Shown here: positions 20,397 through 29,585 of the stretch, in pieces
Position numbering within the stretch: position 1 is the first letter of the stretch
How the letters are laid out: each line of letters begins with the position of its first letter
NCBI GenBank assembly: GCA_046570105.1
Contig: JBKHVI010000012.1
Coordinates: forward strand, 1 to 54,673
Reading direction: 5' to 3'
DNA: 54,673 nucleotides
DNA from: Bacteriovoracia bacterium
GTDB lineage: Bacteria > Bdellovibrionota > Bacteriovoracia > Bacteriovoracales > Bacteriovoracaceae
Notes under the pieces: generated by a model
The model's database searches: none
The model's input: the letters and a program-made list of their open reading frames with translations, nothing else
What the model was told of the DNA's origin: nothing
Position numbers and translations under genes: made by a program

Positions 20397-21498
20397 ACTT
20401 CGCATCGAGCTGATAGAGTCCCGCTATACGATCTATCTTGGTTAAACTATCTAACAACGGCATCAATACGCGCATAGATCGATAAACCTGATGAGTAGTA
20501 AGAGAATCTAGCAGACTACTAAAAACTGCCATTCTTTCCTCATCAGCTAGCGTGTTGAGTGAAAACTGAGAGGGAATATAGAGATATGTCATCAAGGGCA
20601 CGATTCCCTTTTTCTCACAGTACTCAATCGCATATGACAACTCCGACCAGTTATCTTTTTGCGTCAGAAAATTAAGAATGAAACGAATGTCATTTAAACC
20701 GAGGCGCTTGCGCTCTTCGTTGTATTCTAAAAGTGCATCAATGTTTTTCAGGACAAAATCAATTTTTCCTGGATAGCGAATTTTATAATAAGTTTCTGTA
20801 TTAAAGCTATCAACGCTCAAAATAATATTCTTGATATGAATCTTGTTCAGATCCGCTTTAATTTTATCTGTTAGTTTCCAATGTGCATTTGTAGTAAATA
20901 TCCATTGGCATGCTGGATTCACCTCTGAAATATCGTTAATCAAACGATAAGTATCACTCTGGATGAATGGCTCTCCGGAGAGAAGATCTACCTCTTTGAG
21001 GTGAGGGAAAATGTCTTTCTTTGCTGGCTCCCAAAAATTTATTTGATCGTAAAGACCATTGGGCTTCTGCCAAATATCACACATCTGGCATTGCAGATTA
21101 CATTTTCCATTAAAGTTAGCAGTGAGTTTCAAGATTGGTTGCGTCTGTATTTCCGCTAACTCGATGTAATCGAGCAATTTATTGTTCTCGGGACAATGCT
21201 GACAATGACGATGGCGAACCTCTGTCGCGCAAAACCCTGGCTTCCCTTCAAGAAACTCACGTCGCCATTGACGTGCCTTTTCGCCATTCCAAATTTCAGC
21301 AATGGTATTTTCTTGAATATAACCTATTGGAAAATTACTACCTTTATGGCGGCAAACACCCACCTTACCATCGGGTTCAAGAATGATGGTGGTGAAAGGA
21401 ACCAGGCAAAAGTTCTTGTCATCGAGGCCTTTCGCCTTGATTCGCTGTTTGGTAACAAGAGTTTCTTTTGATGTTTCTTCTAAACGCCACTCGGCCAT
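20380..21498 (-). CDS. Radical SAM protein with N-terminal SPASM/twitch-like domain
   Basis: N-terminal CLVPF...DGKVGVC...IG...IWNG...C..CQHC, then CNLQCQMC, SGEPF, TTN. Confidence 0.88.
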   Translation of the reverse strand: MAEWRLEETSKETLVTKQRIKAKGLDDKNFCLVPFTTIILEPDGKVGVCRHKGSNFPIGYIQENTIAEIWNGEKARQWRREFLEGKPGFCATEVRHRHCQHCPENNKLLDYIELAEIQTQPILKLTANFNGKCNLQCQMCDIWQKPNGLYDQINFWEPAKKDIFPHLKEVDLLSGEPFIQSDTYRLINDISEVNPACQWIFTTNAHWKLTDKIKADLNKIHIKNIILSVDSFNTETYYKIRYPGKIDFVLKNIDALLEYNEERKRLGLNDIRFILNFLTQKDNWSELSYAIEYCEKKGIVPLMTYLYIPSQFSLNTLADEERMAVFSSLLDSLTTHQVYRSMRVLMPLLDSLTKIDRIAGLYQLDAKFKQRV

Positions 21499-21507
21499 GT
21501 GTCTTCT

Positions 21508-22290
21508 CTATTTTATGAAAGGATAGATCAAACGACGGCCCAATGTCTTAGGATAATCTGCACTTGTGCCTAGCCTGTTTGGTTCCTGGGGCGGTACATG
21601 ATGAGAACCTAGCCAACGATCCCAAATACTTAAGAATAGACCAAAGTTTTGGCCTTTTGACTTAATATTCTCCTGAGAATGGTGCCAACGATGATTGAGC
21701 GGTGTGATAAGTACGGAGTTTAGCCAGTTTGGGAAATGAATTTTAAGATTTGCGTGTTGGAAATAGCACGCAAAAGTTATCAAAATCGCCATTATTAATC
21801 GCACCTGGGGATCAACGATCAGCACACAAGCGAGAATTGTATTGCATGTGATGTGGTACAGCTCTTCAAGCCAATGATGGCGAAAGGCCGAAATGGTGGT
21901 GAGGGTTTCAGTAGAATGGTGCAGTTGGTGAAATTTCCACAAATAGTCATTCTTGTGTAAAAAACGATGAGAGATAAAACTAACAAAATCACTAAATATA
22001 AAAAAAATTAATAGCTGAAGTGCGACCGACTGTGACTCCAAATTGATATTATAATCTCCAAGCGCCCGCGAAAAACCGTCACCAAACTTATAAATCAGTA
22101 CACCCCATAGATTCAAACTTATGAGTCTATTGGTGATTAACCAGAACACATCCTCGTAATGTGAACGTGATAGAAGAGAATATTTTTTCAAGGGAATTAT
22201 GATTTCAAAAATCACAAGGAGTACAACGATTATAACGTTCGCTGTACCCCATGGATTATTTTGGACAAACTGTAACGTATCATTAAGCAA
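21508..22290 (-). CDS. Sterol desaturase / fatty-acid hydroxylase family membrane protein
   Basis: His boxes HRFLH, HQLHHS, QHAN, HRWHH; NFG....WDR..G; TM helices. Confidence 0.9.
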   Translation of the reverse strand: MLNDTLQFVQNNPWGTANVIIVVLLVIFEIIIPLKKYSLLSRSHYEDVFWLITNRLISLNLWGVLIYKFGDGFSRALGDYNINLESQSVALQLLIFFIFSDFVSFISHRFLHKNDYLWKFHQLHHSTETLTTISAFRHHWLEELYHITCNTILACVLIVDPQVRLIMAILITFACYFQHANLKIHFPNWLNSVLITPLNHRWHHSQENIKSKGQNFGLFLSIWDRWLGSHHVPPQEPNRLGTSADYPKTLGRRLIYPFIK

Positions 22291-22291
22291 G

Positions 22292-24835
22292 TTACTTTTC
22301 TGCAGTCTTACTATCGCTTGCGATCTCTACAAAACGATGATGACCGGCTTCTACATCTTTAATTTTTTGAACAATTCCTGATGGCCAGGTGATGTTCAGT
22401 TCATCAATTTTTGTTTTGTCACCGAGACCAAAGTGAACAATCGCTTCAGACTGTACAGCTCCGTTATTTGCGGTTAAATGGCGAACCAATGTTTTACCAT
22501 CGATAGTGGCTTTTAAGAGTGCTCCGATTGCATCTTTGTTTGATTTAATACCAACCAAGGCAACGGTGACACTTTTGTTTTTAGACTTCTGTTGGTTGAG
22601 GAAAACTTGAACTGCTGGATAACGATTTTGACTCACGCCTGGATCACCGTTACGAAGTACCAAGTCCATTTTACCATCTTTATTCAAGTCGGCAGTACCG
22701 ATGACATAGCCATCGGCCATCGAATCAACACCGTGCAAGTACCCCACCTCTGTAAAAGTACCGTCGCCGTTGTTATGGAAGAGACAATTACGCTGAAAAC
22801 CTGCCATCGAAGGATACATGCCACTCTTGCTCACCTGTGTTTCTACTTCACCTTGGAATCCAGTGAGAATTCGCATAAAACTTGTATTGGCTTCTTCGAT
22901 CCCAGCACTTGATCCAAGTATTTCTTGGAAATCATAATTATATGTCGCATTGGCGCGTACAAATAGACTTGAGAGGTCTTGATCTGAATGAGTGCCTGAC
23001 CAAAGTCCATTCGCTACGTAGATATCTGGCTTTCCATTATTGTCGTAGTCTATGACCTCAACTCCACCAATACCATCTCCACAGCCATTGACCCCAGTCA
23101 AAGCGGTGATATCAGAATAATTAACGGCATTACTAGATTTAAATACACGAATACCAAATGTTCCTGGATGCTTCGAATGTTCAGAGAAATTAGCCTGCAG
23201 AGAATTATGTAAACGCTCTGCTGGCAAGAAGTTTACGTTGGTATAAATGAACTCAAGCTTGCTATCATTATCGAGGTCAGATGCCGTGAAGCCCATACCA
23301 AAATCATAGTTCGTAAGACCAATCTTATCCGCCACCTGGGCAAATGTTCCATCTCCATTATTCTTATATAGCGGACTGAGGTTCGCCTTATCGTCGACCA
23401 CCACAATATCCATGTCACCATCTAGGTCATAATCAAGACCCATAGAGGTGTGTGGAAAGACTGCCGCTGCTTCTGGATAACCATCCGTATAAGCATTTTT
23501 CTTTTTTGTGTAAGGCATCTTTTGACGAGTCACTTCTTCGAAACTCATGGCACCCAAATTATAAAATAGACCTTGGGGATTTAGTTCATGCTTAGCTTCA
23601 AAGCCATGGACTTTTTTGTCCAATACCGTGAAGTCTTTAGCACCAGGAAAACCGATGTAAAAATCTAGCATACCGTCGCCGTTGTAATCAGCAATCGCTG
23701 ATGGCATAGCGTAGTAAGCTGGATAGCGATTCTTAATGGCATTCACTTTTTGGAAGCTTGCGCCGTTATTCTTATATAGAACGATATCCTTTCCTTTCTC
23801 TTCACTTGGAGCAAATCGCACGAATAAAATGTCTTTTTTTCCATCGTTATCAAAGTCAGCAATGACTGCACTCTTTACAAGTGTTTCATTATCGATGCCC
23901 AACTTCTGATTCGACATCTTAGAAAAAGTACCATCGGACTTACCCTTAAAGATTTCAACAGCTCCCAGATGACCCACAATCATGTCTGCTTGTTCGTCAC
24001 CATCAACATCTCCGATCGCCATGGCATAACCGCCACGACGAATGGCTTCTTTGCGTAAATGATTTGAGAGTTCACCATCTTTAAATGAAGCCACTTCGCG
24101 GAAAGCGGCTTTATCTGATTTAAGTGTTTCGCCATTTAAAACTTCAAAGCTCTCTATCAACCACTGATTGCTCTTTAGGTTACGCTTCACTTGAATACGG
24201 GCCACGCCGCGTTCATGTACGCGCTCACCCTTGGCACTCACTAGACGAAAGTCCATACGGCTTTCAACAGTAAATGCATTGGGAAGAGAAGTAAGTGGAT
24301 CACGGTGAGCAATCGATGTTGCAGTTGAAAACGGACTAAACTTCACATACTCAAGATTTGCAAAACCCTTGAGATGATCTGCCAATTTCTCAGTCGCTAA
24401 AACCGGTGAGATTTTCTGACTATCCTTCAGCCATGAAATCTGAGTTATCTCGCCAACTTTTTTAGCAGCACCCAATTTGTTTAACTGGAACTGCGCATTT
24501 TGTTCAGAAATTTTAGCAAAATCCAATGAGGAGTTTTTAAGCATCGCCTCAAGGGGATAAAACACATCTTTCATGACGTTTTGAAAAACTGCTTCGTCAG
24601 CCAAAGCCATTTTAAGTGCAACAGCAGAATATTCCTTTGACTGATGAACTGTGAGTTTGCGGGCCTCTCCACCAAAATTCTGAGGAAACTTTTTTAAAGC
24701 TGTTTCGTTGAACTTAGTTCCTGTATGCAGATCCTTGAGAATTTTTTTTGCTTCATTTACTTTAGTTTTTGGCTCCATCCCGTGGGCCGGTAGAACTAGA
24801 GCAGACAGAGAGAGTAGTACTAGAAAGTGCTTCAT
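22292..24835 (-). CDS. Secreted FG-GAP repeat / ASPIC-UnbV (CRTAC1-like) protein
   Basis: Signal peptide; repeated DxDxDG..D motifs (DVDGD, DFDNDG, DYNGDG, DYDLDGD, DYDNNG, DLNKDG); C-terminal NKDAIGA...HFGLG...I.WPSG. Confidence 0.88.
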   Translation of the reverse strand: MKHFLVLLSLSALVLPAHGMEPKTKVNEAKKILKDLHTGTKFNETALKKFPQNFGGEARKLTVHQSKEYSAVALKMALADEAVFQNVMKDVFYPLEAMLKNSSLDFAKISEQNAQFQLNKLGAAKKVGEITQISWLKDSQKISPVLATEKLADHLKGFANLEYVKFSPFSTATSIAHRDPLTSLPNAFTVESRMDFRLVSAKGERVHERGVARIQVKRNLKSNQWLIESFEVLNGETLKSDKAAFREVASFKDGELSNHLRKEAIRRGGYAMAIGDVDGDEQADMIVGHLGAVEIFKGKSDGTFSKMSNQKLGIDNETLVKSAVIADFDNDGKKDILFVRFAPSEEKGKDIVLYKNNGASFQKVNAIKNRYPAYYAMPSAIADYNGDGMLDFYIGFPGAKDFTVLDKKVHGFEAKHELNPQGLFYNLGAMSFEEVTRQKMPYTKKKNAYTDGYPEAAAVFPHTSMGLDYDLDGDMDIVVVDDKANLSPLYKNNGDGTFAQVADKIGLTNYDFGMGFTASDLDNDSKLEFIYTNVNFLPAERLHNSLQANFSEHSKHPGTFGIRVFKSSNAVNYSDITALTGVNGCGDGIGGVEVIDYDNNGKPDIYVANGLWSGTHSDQDLSSLFVRANATYNYDFQEILGSSAGIEEANTSFMRILTGFQGEVETQVSKSGMYPSMAGFQRNCLFHNNGDGTFTEVGYLHGVDSMADGYVIGTADLNKDGKMDLVLRNGDPGVSQNRYPAVQVFLNQQKSKNKSVTVALVGIKSNKDAIGALLKATIDGKTLVRHLTANNGAVQSEAIVHFGLGDKTKIDELNITWPSGIVQKIKDVEAGHHRFVEIASDSKTAEK

Positions 24836-25077
24836 AGGGAACCTCTAATGTATTGATTTTCCAGATAAATTAATTCTAAGAGGGTATCAAATTGAATGCA
24901 AGTTTATCTTCCTTCAGCCTACAAGCCCTTAAAACTCCGTCTCCCCTAGCTCCCCGCCTTAAGTGAGAGGTATAGAAGCGCACAGTAAATGAGGCGATTT
25001 GATATGGCCCATGGAGACTGGTTATCCTCAGAATACTCTGGCATTCTAATCCAGTTTTCCATTGGAGAAATTGAGTA

Positions 25078-26022
25078 ATGATCAAAAAAAGAGTGTTAGT
25101 CACTGGCGGAGCAGGTTTTCTTGGCTCACATCTTTGTGAGCGACTTTTAAACGATCAGCACCACGTTGTGTGCTTAGATAATCTCTTTACCGGCCAAAAA
25201 GAGAATATCGCTCACCTGTTAAGCAATCCAAGTTTCGAATTTGTTAATCACGACGTCACCATGCCGATTCAGATAAACGTCGATGAAATTTACAATCTCG
25301 CTTGTCCTGCTTCACCCAAATATTACCAACAAGACCCCGTGCAAACCGTTAAGACGAATGTGCACGGTGCGATTAATATGCTGGAACTCGCCAAACAAAC
25401 TAAAGCTAAAATTCTTCAGGCATCAACCAGCGAAGTGTACGGTGACCCCGAGATCCATCCGCAAAAAGAAGACTACTGGGGACGCGTGAATCCGATTGGG
25501 ATTCGCAGTTGTTATGATGAAGGTAAGCGCTGTGCTGAAACGCTATTCTCTGATTACCATCGGCAGTTCAAAATCAGAATTAAGATCATGCGCATCTTTA
25601 ATACCTATGGCCCGCGCATGCAGCTTGATGATGGTCGTGTTGTCTCAAACTTTATTGTGCAAGCACTCAACAATGAACCCATCACTATTTTTGGTGATGG
25701 CAAACAGACGCGCTCTTTTTGTTACGTGGATGATCTTATTGAAGCGCTCGTTCGTGGCATGAACACCGATGATGCTTTCACCGGCCCCATGAATATCGGC
25801 AACCCCAACGAATTTACTATTCTCGATTTGGCCCAAACCGTTTTGCGCCTCACCCACTCAAAATCTCAAATTACACTCAAGCCTCTCCCTTCTGATGATC
25901 CCAAACAACGCCAACCCGACATCACACTCGCCAAAGAATTAATTAATTGGGAGCCAACTATTCAGTTGGAAGCAGGACTGATGAAGACGATTGGTTATTT
26001 TAGAGAAGTTTTGCAGAAGTAA
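25078..26022 (+). CDS. UDP-glucuronate decarboxylase (UDP-xylose synthase)
   Basis: [58 protein letters not shown]. Confidence 0.95.
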   Translation: MIKKRVLVTGGAGFLGSHLCERLLNDQHHVVCLDNLFTGQKENIAHLLSNPSFEFVNHDVTMPIQINVDEIYNLACPASPKYYQQDPVQTVKTNVHGAINMLELAKQTKAKILQASTSEVYGDPEIHPQKEDYWGRVNPIGIRSCYDEGKRCAETLFSDYHRQFKIRIKIMRIFNTYGPRMQLDDGRVVSNFIVQALNNEPITIFGDGKQTRSFCYVDDLIEALVRGMNTDDAFTGPMNIGNPNEFTILDLAQTVLRLTHSKSQITLKPLPSDDPKQRQPDITLAKELINWEPTIQLEAGLMKTIGYFREVLQK

Positions 26023-26024
26023 AA

Positions 26025-26053
26025 TGGTGGAGTCTGCCCTAAAGTGGTCGAAC
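26025..26053. repeat. Left attachment junction (core TGGTGG plus attP arm TGGTCGAAC)
   Basis: Core identical to the tRNA 3' end; arm is the reverse complement of GTTCGACCA at the right junction. Confidence 0.8.
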
Positions 26054-26265
26054 ACCCTGTGATTGTTAAAAGATCACATTCAGTTCAATGGAAACGGAAA
26101 ATCTTTGACTTAAGTCAGGAGAAGCTCGCAACTCTTCGAGCGTCACATGGGTGGACTATAGCTCAAATGGTGGAACATCTGGGCTATAGCGAAACAACCA
26201 TTAAACGCTGCCTTTATGGGGTTGCTCGTAAAGACTTGAAGGGCAAGAGGAGGCTTCGTGGGTAA
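26044..26265 (+). CDS. Small HTH protein; in-frame C-terminal extension of the recombinase in the excised circle
   Basis: WTIAQMVEHLGYSETTIKRCL HTH; frame open back through the att core. Confidence 0.65.
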   Translation: MVEHPVIVKRSHSVQWKRKIFDLSQEKLATLRASHGWTIAQMVEHLGYSETTIKRCLYGVARKDLKGKRRLRG

Positions 26266-26419
26266 ACTCATTTCAATTGCGGCAACATTGGCATTTCTAG
26301 CAGTCGCTTCTGGTAATTTACCTTGGATTCTGTTTCAAGTTAAAAAGGCCAAGATTCAGCTCATTTCAGATTCGAAAGCAAGTAAGTGGCCGAAGGCCAT
26401 GACCTTGCCAAACCGTTAA
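26258..26419 (+). CDS. Small (53 aa) protein with hydrophobic N-terminus, not in ORF track
   Basis: GAGGAGG RBS before GTG 26258; MGKLISIAATLAFLAVASGNLPWILFQVKK...PNR*. Confidence 0.55.
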   Translation: MGKLISIAATLAFLAVASGNLPWILFQVKKAKIQLISDSKASKWPKAMTLPNR

Positions 26420-26495
26420 GTAAGTCCTATAAAATCGGAAGGTTGGAAGCTGCTTTTCGGTGCTAAGATAGCACAGAAGAACGAAGGAGGAGCAG

Positions 26496-26687
26496 ATGAA
26501 AAAAAGACCAAGTCTTAAAGAGATTAACGCTCATATGGATAAGCTTAATAAGCAAAAACCATCAAAAAAGCAAATTGAAGAATTGGGCGAAGTTATCCGC
26601 AAGATCAATGAAGAGAATGGAACTGATGAGAAAGTGATTCCTGCCAAGAAAATCGCCATCTCTGATGATCGTCCAGTGATGGAGTAA
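26496..26687 (+). CDS. Small charged protein upstream of PIN gene (possible antitoxin)
   Basis: AGGAGG RBS; 1-nt gap to the PIN gene. Confidence 0.6.
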   Translation: MKKRPSLKEINAHMDKLNKQKPSKKQIEELGEVIRKINEENGTDEKVIPAKKIAISDDRPVME

Positions 26688-26688
26688 G

Positions 26689-27507
26689 ATGGCCAGTAAC
26701 AGAATCGGTTTTAAGCAATTCAGAAACAAGCTTGAAAAGGGACAACAAGTTAATGTTGTGATCGATTCTAATATCCTCATTGCTAACTACGATGAGCTTC
26801 ATTCTAATCACGAACTCGTCCGGGCCTTCCTTGAAGAAATTGATGCCATTGCAGACATTACATTTTTTACAACTGTAACGACAAAGGCGGAATTTTTAGA
26901 TTATCAGAGGAAGCGCTTTCTTACGGAAGGACTTTTTGATCTCGTTGATGAGTACAACAAGGATATTCCGCTGAGTGCTGATTCCCGCAATGCGATCAAT
27001 CTCGCCAAGGGGCGCAGGAATAAGCGCCAAGGCGATGAAGAGGCTAAGGCCAACAAAGATCATGATTACGAATTTGATACTCGTGTAAGCTATCTGACTG
27101 ATAACGAGATCAAAGAAATCAAAAAGAAATTCAAGGCCAGAGATATTGATAACGAAACCGGCTGGCTCAAGGTCTGCGATACATTCTTAAAAGAAAAGCT
27201 TCTCGAGCAAGAAAAGTTGATCGATATTTTTTGTGAATATCTTTCTCCCCATAGAGATGAGCAAAAGGCTCTGTTTAATCAAATCTCAGTCGATTGGAAA
27301 AAGGCGACTGAGATTTCAGGCTCGTCTGGGATGGGATTTTCTGATTCGCTAATTCTCAATATGCTTCTACATACCAAGATCGACTATATTCTCACTCTGG
27401 ATTATGACATGATTTATGCAGCGGCTGTTTCGGCGAAGAATAAATGGGTGGTGTTGCCGGATTCAAGAATCGGGTCTTTTAAGAGTACGCTGAAGGGACT
27501 TCAGTAG
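26689..27507 (+). CDS. PIN-domain protein (putative ribonuclease/toxin)
   Basis: VVIDSNILIA ... EF ... FSDSLIL ... ILTLDYD acidic PIN signature. Confidence 0.75.
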   Translation: MASNRIGFKQFRNKLEKGQQVNVVIDSNILIANYDELHSNHELVRAFLEEIDAIADITFFTTVTTKAEFLDYQRKRFLTEGLFDLVDEYNKDIPLSADSRNAINLAKGRRNKRQGDEEAKANKDHDYEFDTRVSYLTDNEIKEIKKKFKARDIDNETGWLKVCDTFLKEKLLEQEKLIDIFCEYLSPHRDEQKALFNQISVDWKKATEISGSSGMGFSDSLILNMLLHTKIDYILTLDYDMIYAAAVSAKNKWVVLPDSRIGSFKSTLKGLQ

Positions 27508-27519
27508 GGTGTGGAACGC

Positions 27520-28158
27520 TTATATTCCCAGTCCCCTTGACTCTTCCTTGGATTTTTTTCCTATAGCTTCTTGTCTTGCCTTCTCAAATGCATCAAATCT
27601 TTTCAGATCTACCATAAAAAGCTCCAGCACCGAATTTCCACTTGCATACCACTCTGTAAAGATGGAAGACATGACATCACCATGGTAATGCCAAATGCCG
27701 TTGCATTGAGTGGTCGCACATTCAAAACGAAATTGATCATTAGAAAGAAATTGGACGACTTGTTCACGGGTCATTGACCTAGAAGGCTTGGTTTCATCAT
27801 GAGTAAACTTACCTAATAATGTGTCTGAAATAGCTTGACTCCCATTGCGAATATTCTTTTCATCTTTAAATATGACCTCAAGAGTAATGAGAGGAAGAGA
27901 TGATTCCAGCATTGAAAATTTAAGCTGCATGGTTTTTATATGAGGAGAGATGTTCTTGCAGGTATATACATAGGCGAGCTTCTCTTCTTTGTACTCCCCA
28001 GAGATATCCAGACATTTTGAAAAATCTGGGTTTGATTTAAATTCAGCATAGGTTGTTTTTGAGGGAACAAAACCTCGGAAGTCAGGTTGGTAAGTAGCTC
28101 TACCCAAACAAGATGCGCAAAAAACAAGTATGATGTATTTGAAAGGTCTGATATTCAT
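27520..28158 (-). CDS. Hypothetical (lipo)protein
   Basis: Likely start MNIRPFKYIILVFCASC (lipobox-like). Confidence 0.6.
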   Translation of the reverse strand: MNIRPFKYIILVFCASCLGRATYQPDFRGFVPSKTTYAEFKSNPDFSKCLDISGEYKEEKLAYVYTCKNISPHIKTMQLKFSMLESSLPLITLEVIFKDEKNIRNGSQAISDTLLGKFTHDETKPSRSMTREQVVQFLSNDQFRFECATTQCNGIWHYHGDVMSSIFTEWYASGNSVLELFMVDLKRFDAFEKARQEAIGKKSKEESRGLGI

Positions 28159-28186
28159 ATTACTCCTAATTCTTTTTACATCGTGA

Positions 28187-28513
28187 TTAGGAAAAATCGA
28201 AGTAATGGTTTCCAGCATTTTTGTACCCTGTGGAGCGTTTCACGATATAACATCGTGGCCAGATGCTAAAATATTGATCTTCTGAGTTTTTCCCTGTTGA
28301 ACCCTTCAATAAAATTTCTATAACTCCATTTTGGTGGGCATTGCTTATGATGCTTGTCAATGTGTTGCGATGGGAGGACGGTTTTTCTATTTCAAAAACA
28401 AAATTTCTGTCAGATGTCTCAAAGTAGAAATTTTTGGTTTCGCCTATTTTACTTCCCTCTGGAGTATCCAGAAGTGCTATGGCATCTTGTATCTGCTTCT
28501 TGCTGATATTCAT
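28187..28513 (-). CDS. Hypothetical protein
   Basis: ORF in a co-oriented run; start probably ATG 28513. Confidence 0.45.
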   Translation of the reverse strand: MNISKKQIQDAIALLDTPEGSKIGETKNFYFETSDRNFVFEIEKPSSHRNTLTSIISNAHQNGVIEILLKGSTGKNSEDQYFSIWPRCYIVKRSTGYKNAGNHYFDFS

Positions 28514-28532
28514 AAAGTTCTTTCTCTCTGCT

Positions 28533-29585
28533 TTAAGGTTCAATATGTTTTGAAATCTGATCAAACTTAAACTCACTGAATAGTGCAGGGATGTTCACGT
28601 TGACGCTAATGTTGATAGTTTTTTTGTCTTCACTTCTATTTATATCTAGCGATGTCACACCAATCAGAAGAAGACTTGTAAGCTCAGTCCTCTTTTCTTT
28701 GTTAAAAAGAAGAGGTTTAAGAACCTCGTTACAGCTTCTCCCAAGGTGACAATCATAATAGGTAGATTTGTCTCTGTTCGCCAGCAGTGAAAAGTGTTGG
28801 TATGTATCCAGGGCTAAATCTCCTTTAGGTGCGCTAAGTATGTATTCGGAATGAGGTGATGAGAATTGTTCTCTGAGCTCTTCTCGTTTAATGGAAAGAG
28901 TGGAGAATTTGAAAGAGGTTTCTCGTTTATCGACAGGAAGGGGCGTGTGATCTTCCAAGTAGTCGAGGAAAATTTTTTCACGGACAAGTTCTGCTGCTCT
29001 ATAGAGGGCATCAACAATGAATTGGTCTAGCTCTAAAGCTCTACTTGCAACAGCTTCGTTTTTCATCAACCCAGAATGGTTTGAATACTGATAACTTTTT
29101 TTGAAGTGGAGCGGTTCCTTTAAAGACTTTAAGCTCTCTAGCTTATTCTTTGGGCTAATACTGTCAATCGCATTAGAAAATTCTTTGGCAAGGGCTTCTG
29201 GGGTGTATGTCGTATACTGATCGTGTTCATAAAGTTCATCCATCTGTTCGCGGGATGGTCTTCCTAGGCGATTCTTGTAGATGATAATCTTGTCTGCGCG
29301 ATCAATTCTGCTTTCCTTGCCTAAGAAGTAAATTTTTTCTCGGTTACAGAGAGAAGAGTAGATTTCTGTGAAATTATCTATATCGATAGGATTACTGTGG
29401 AGGGCCTTTGCCTTCAGGTCCTTCTTTAGTAAGTCATCTTTATAAAGTTCAGGGAAAACGGGCAGCTTTTCAAGAGTGTCTGTTGCCTTGGAGCATAATG
29501 GATATTCAGATATTGCCACACTCTTGAGTTTTGGTTTTGATGCACACCCAAGCAACAAAGCTAGAAGGATAATATATTTATTCAT
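28533..29585 (-). CDS. Hypothetical lipoprotein
   Basis: MNKYIILLALLLGC lipobox. Confidence 0.75.
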   Translation of the reverse strand: MNKYIILLALLLGCASKPKLKSVAISEYPLCSKATDTLEKLPVFPELYKDDLLKKDLKAKALHSNPIDIDNFTEIYSSLCNREKIYFLGKESRIDRADKIIIYKNRLGRPSREQMDELYEHDQYTTYTPEALAKEFSNAIDSISPKNKLESLKSLKEPLHFKKSYQYSNHSGLMKNEAVASRALELDQFIVDALYRAAELVREKIFLDYLEDHTPLPVDKRETSFKFSTLSIKREELREQFSSPHSEYILSAPKGDLALDTYQHFSLLANRDKSTYYDCHLGRSCNEVLKPLLFNKEKRTELTSLLLIGVTSLDINRSEDKKTINISVNVNIPALFSEFKFDQISKHIEP

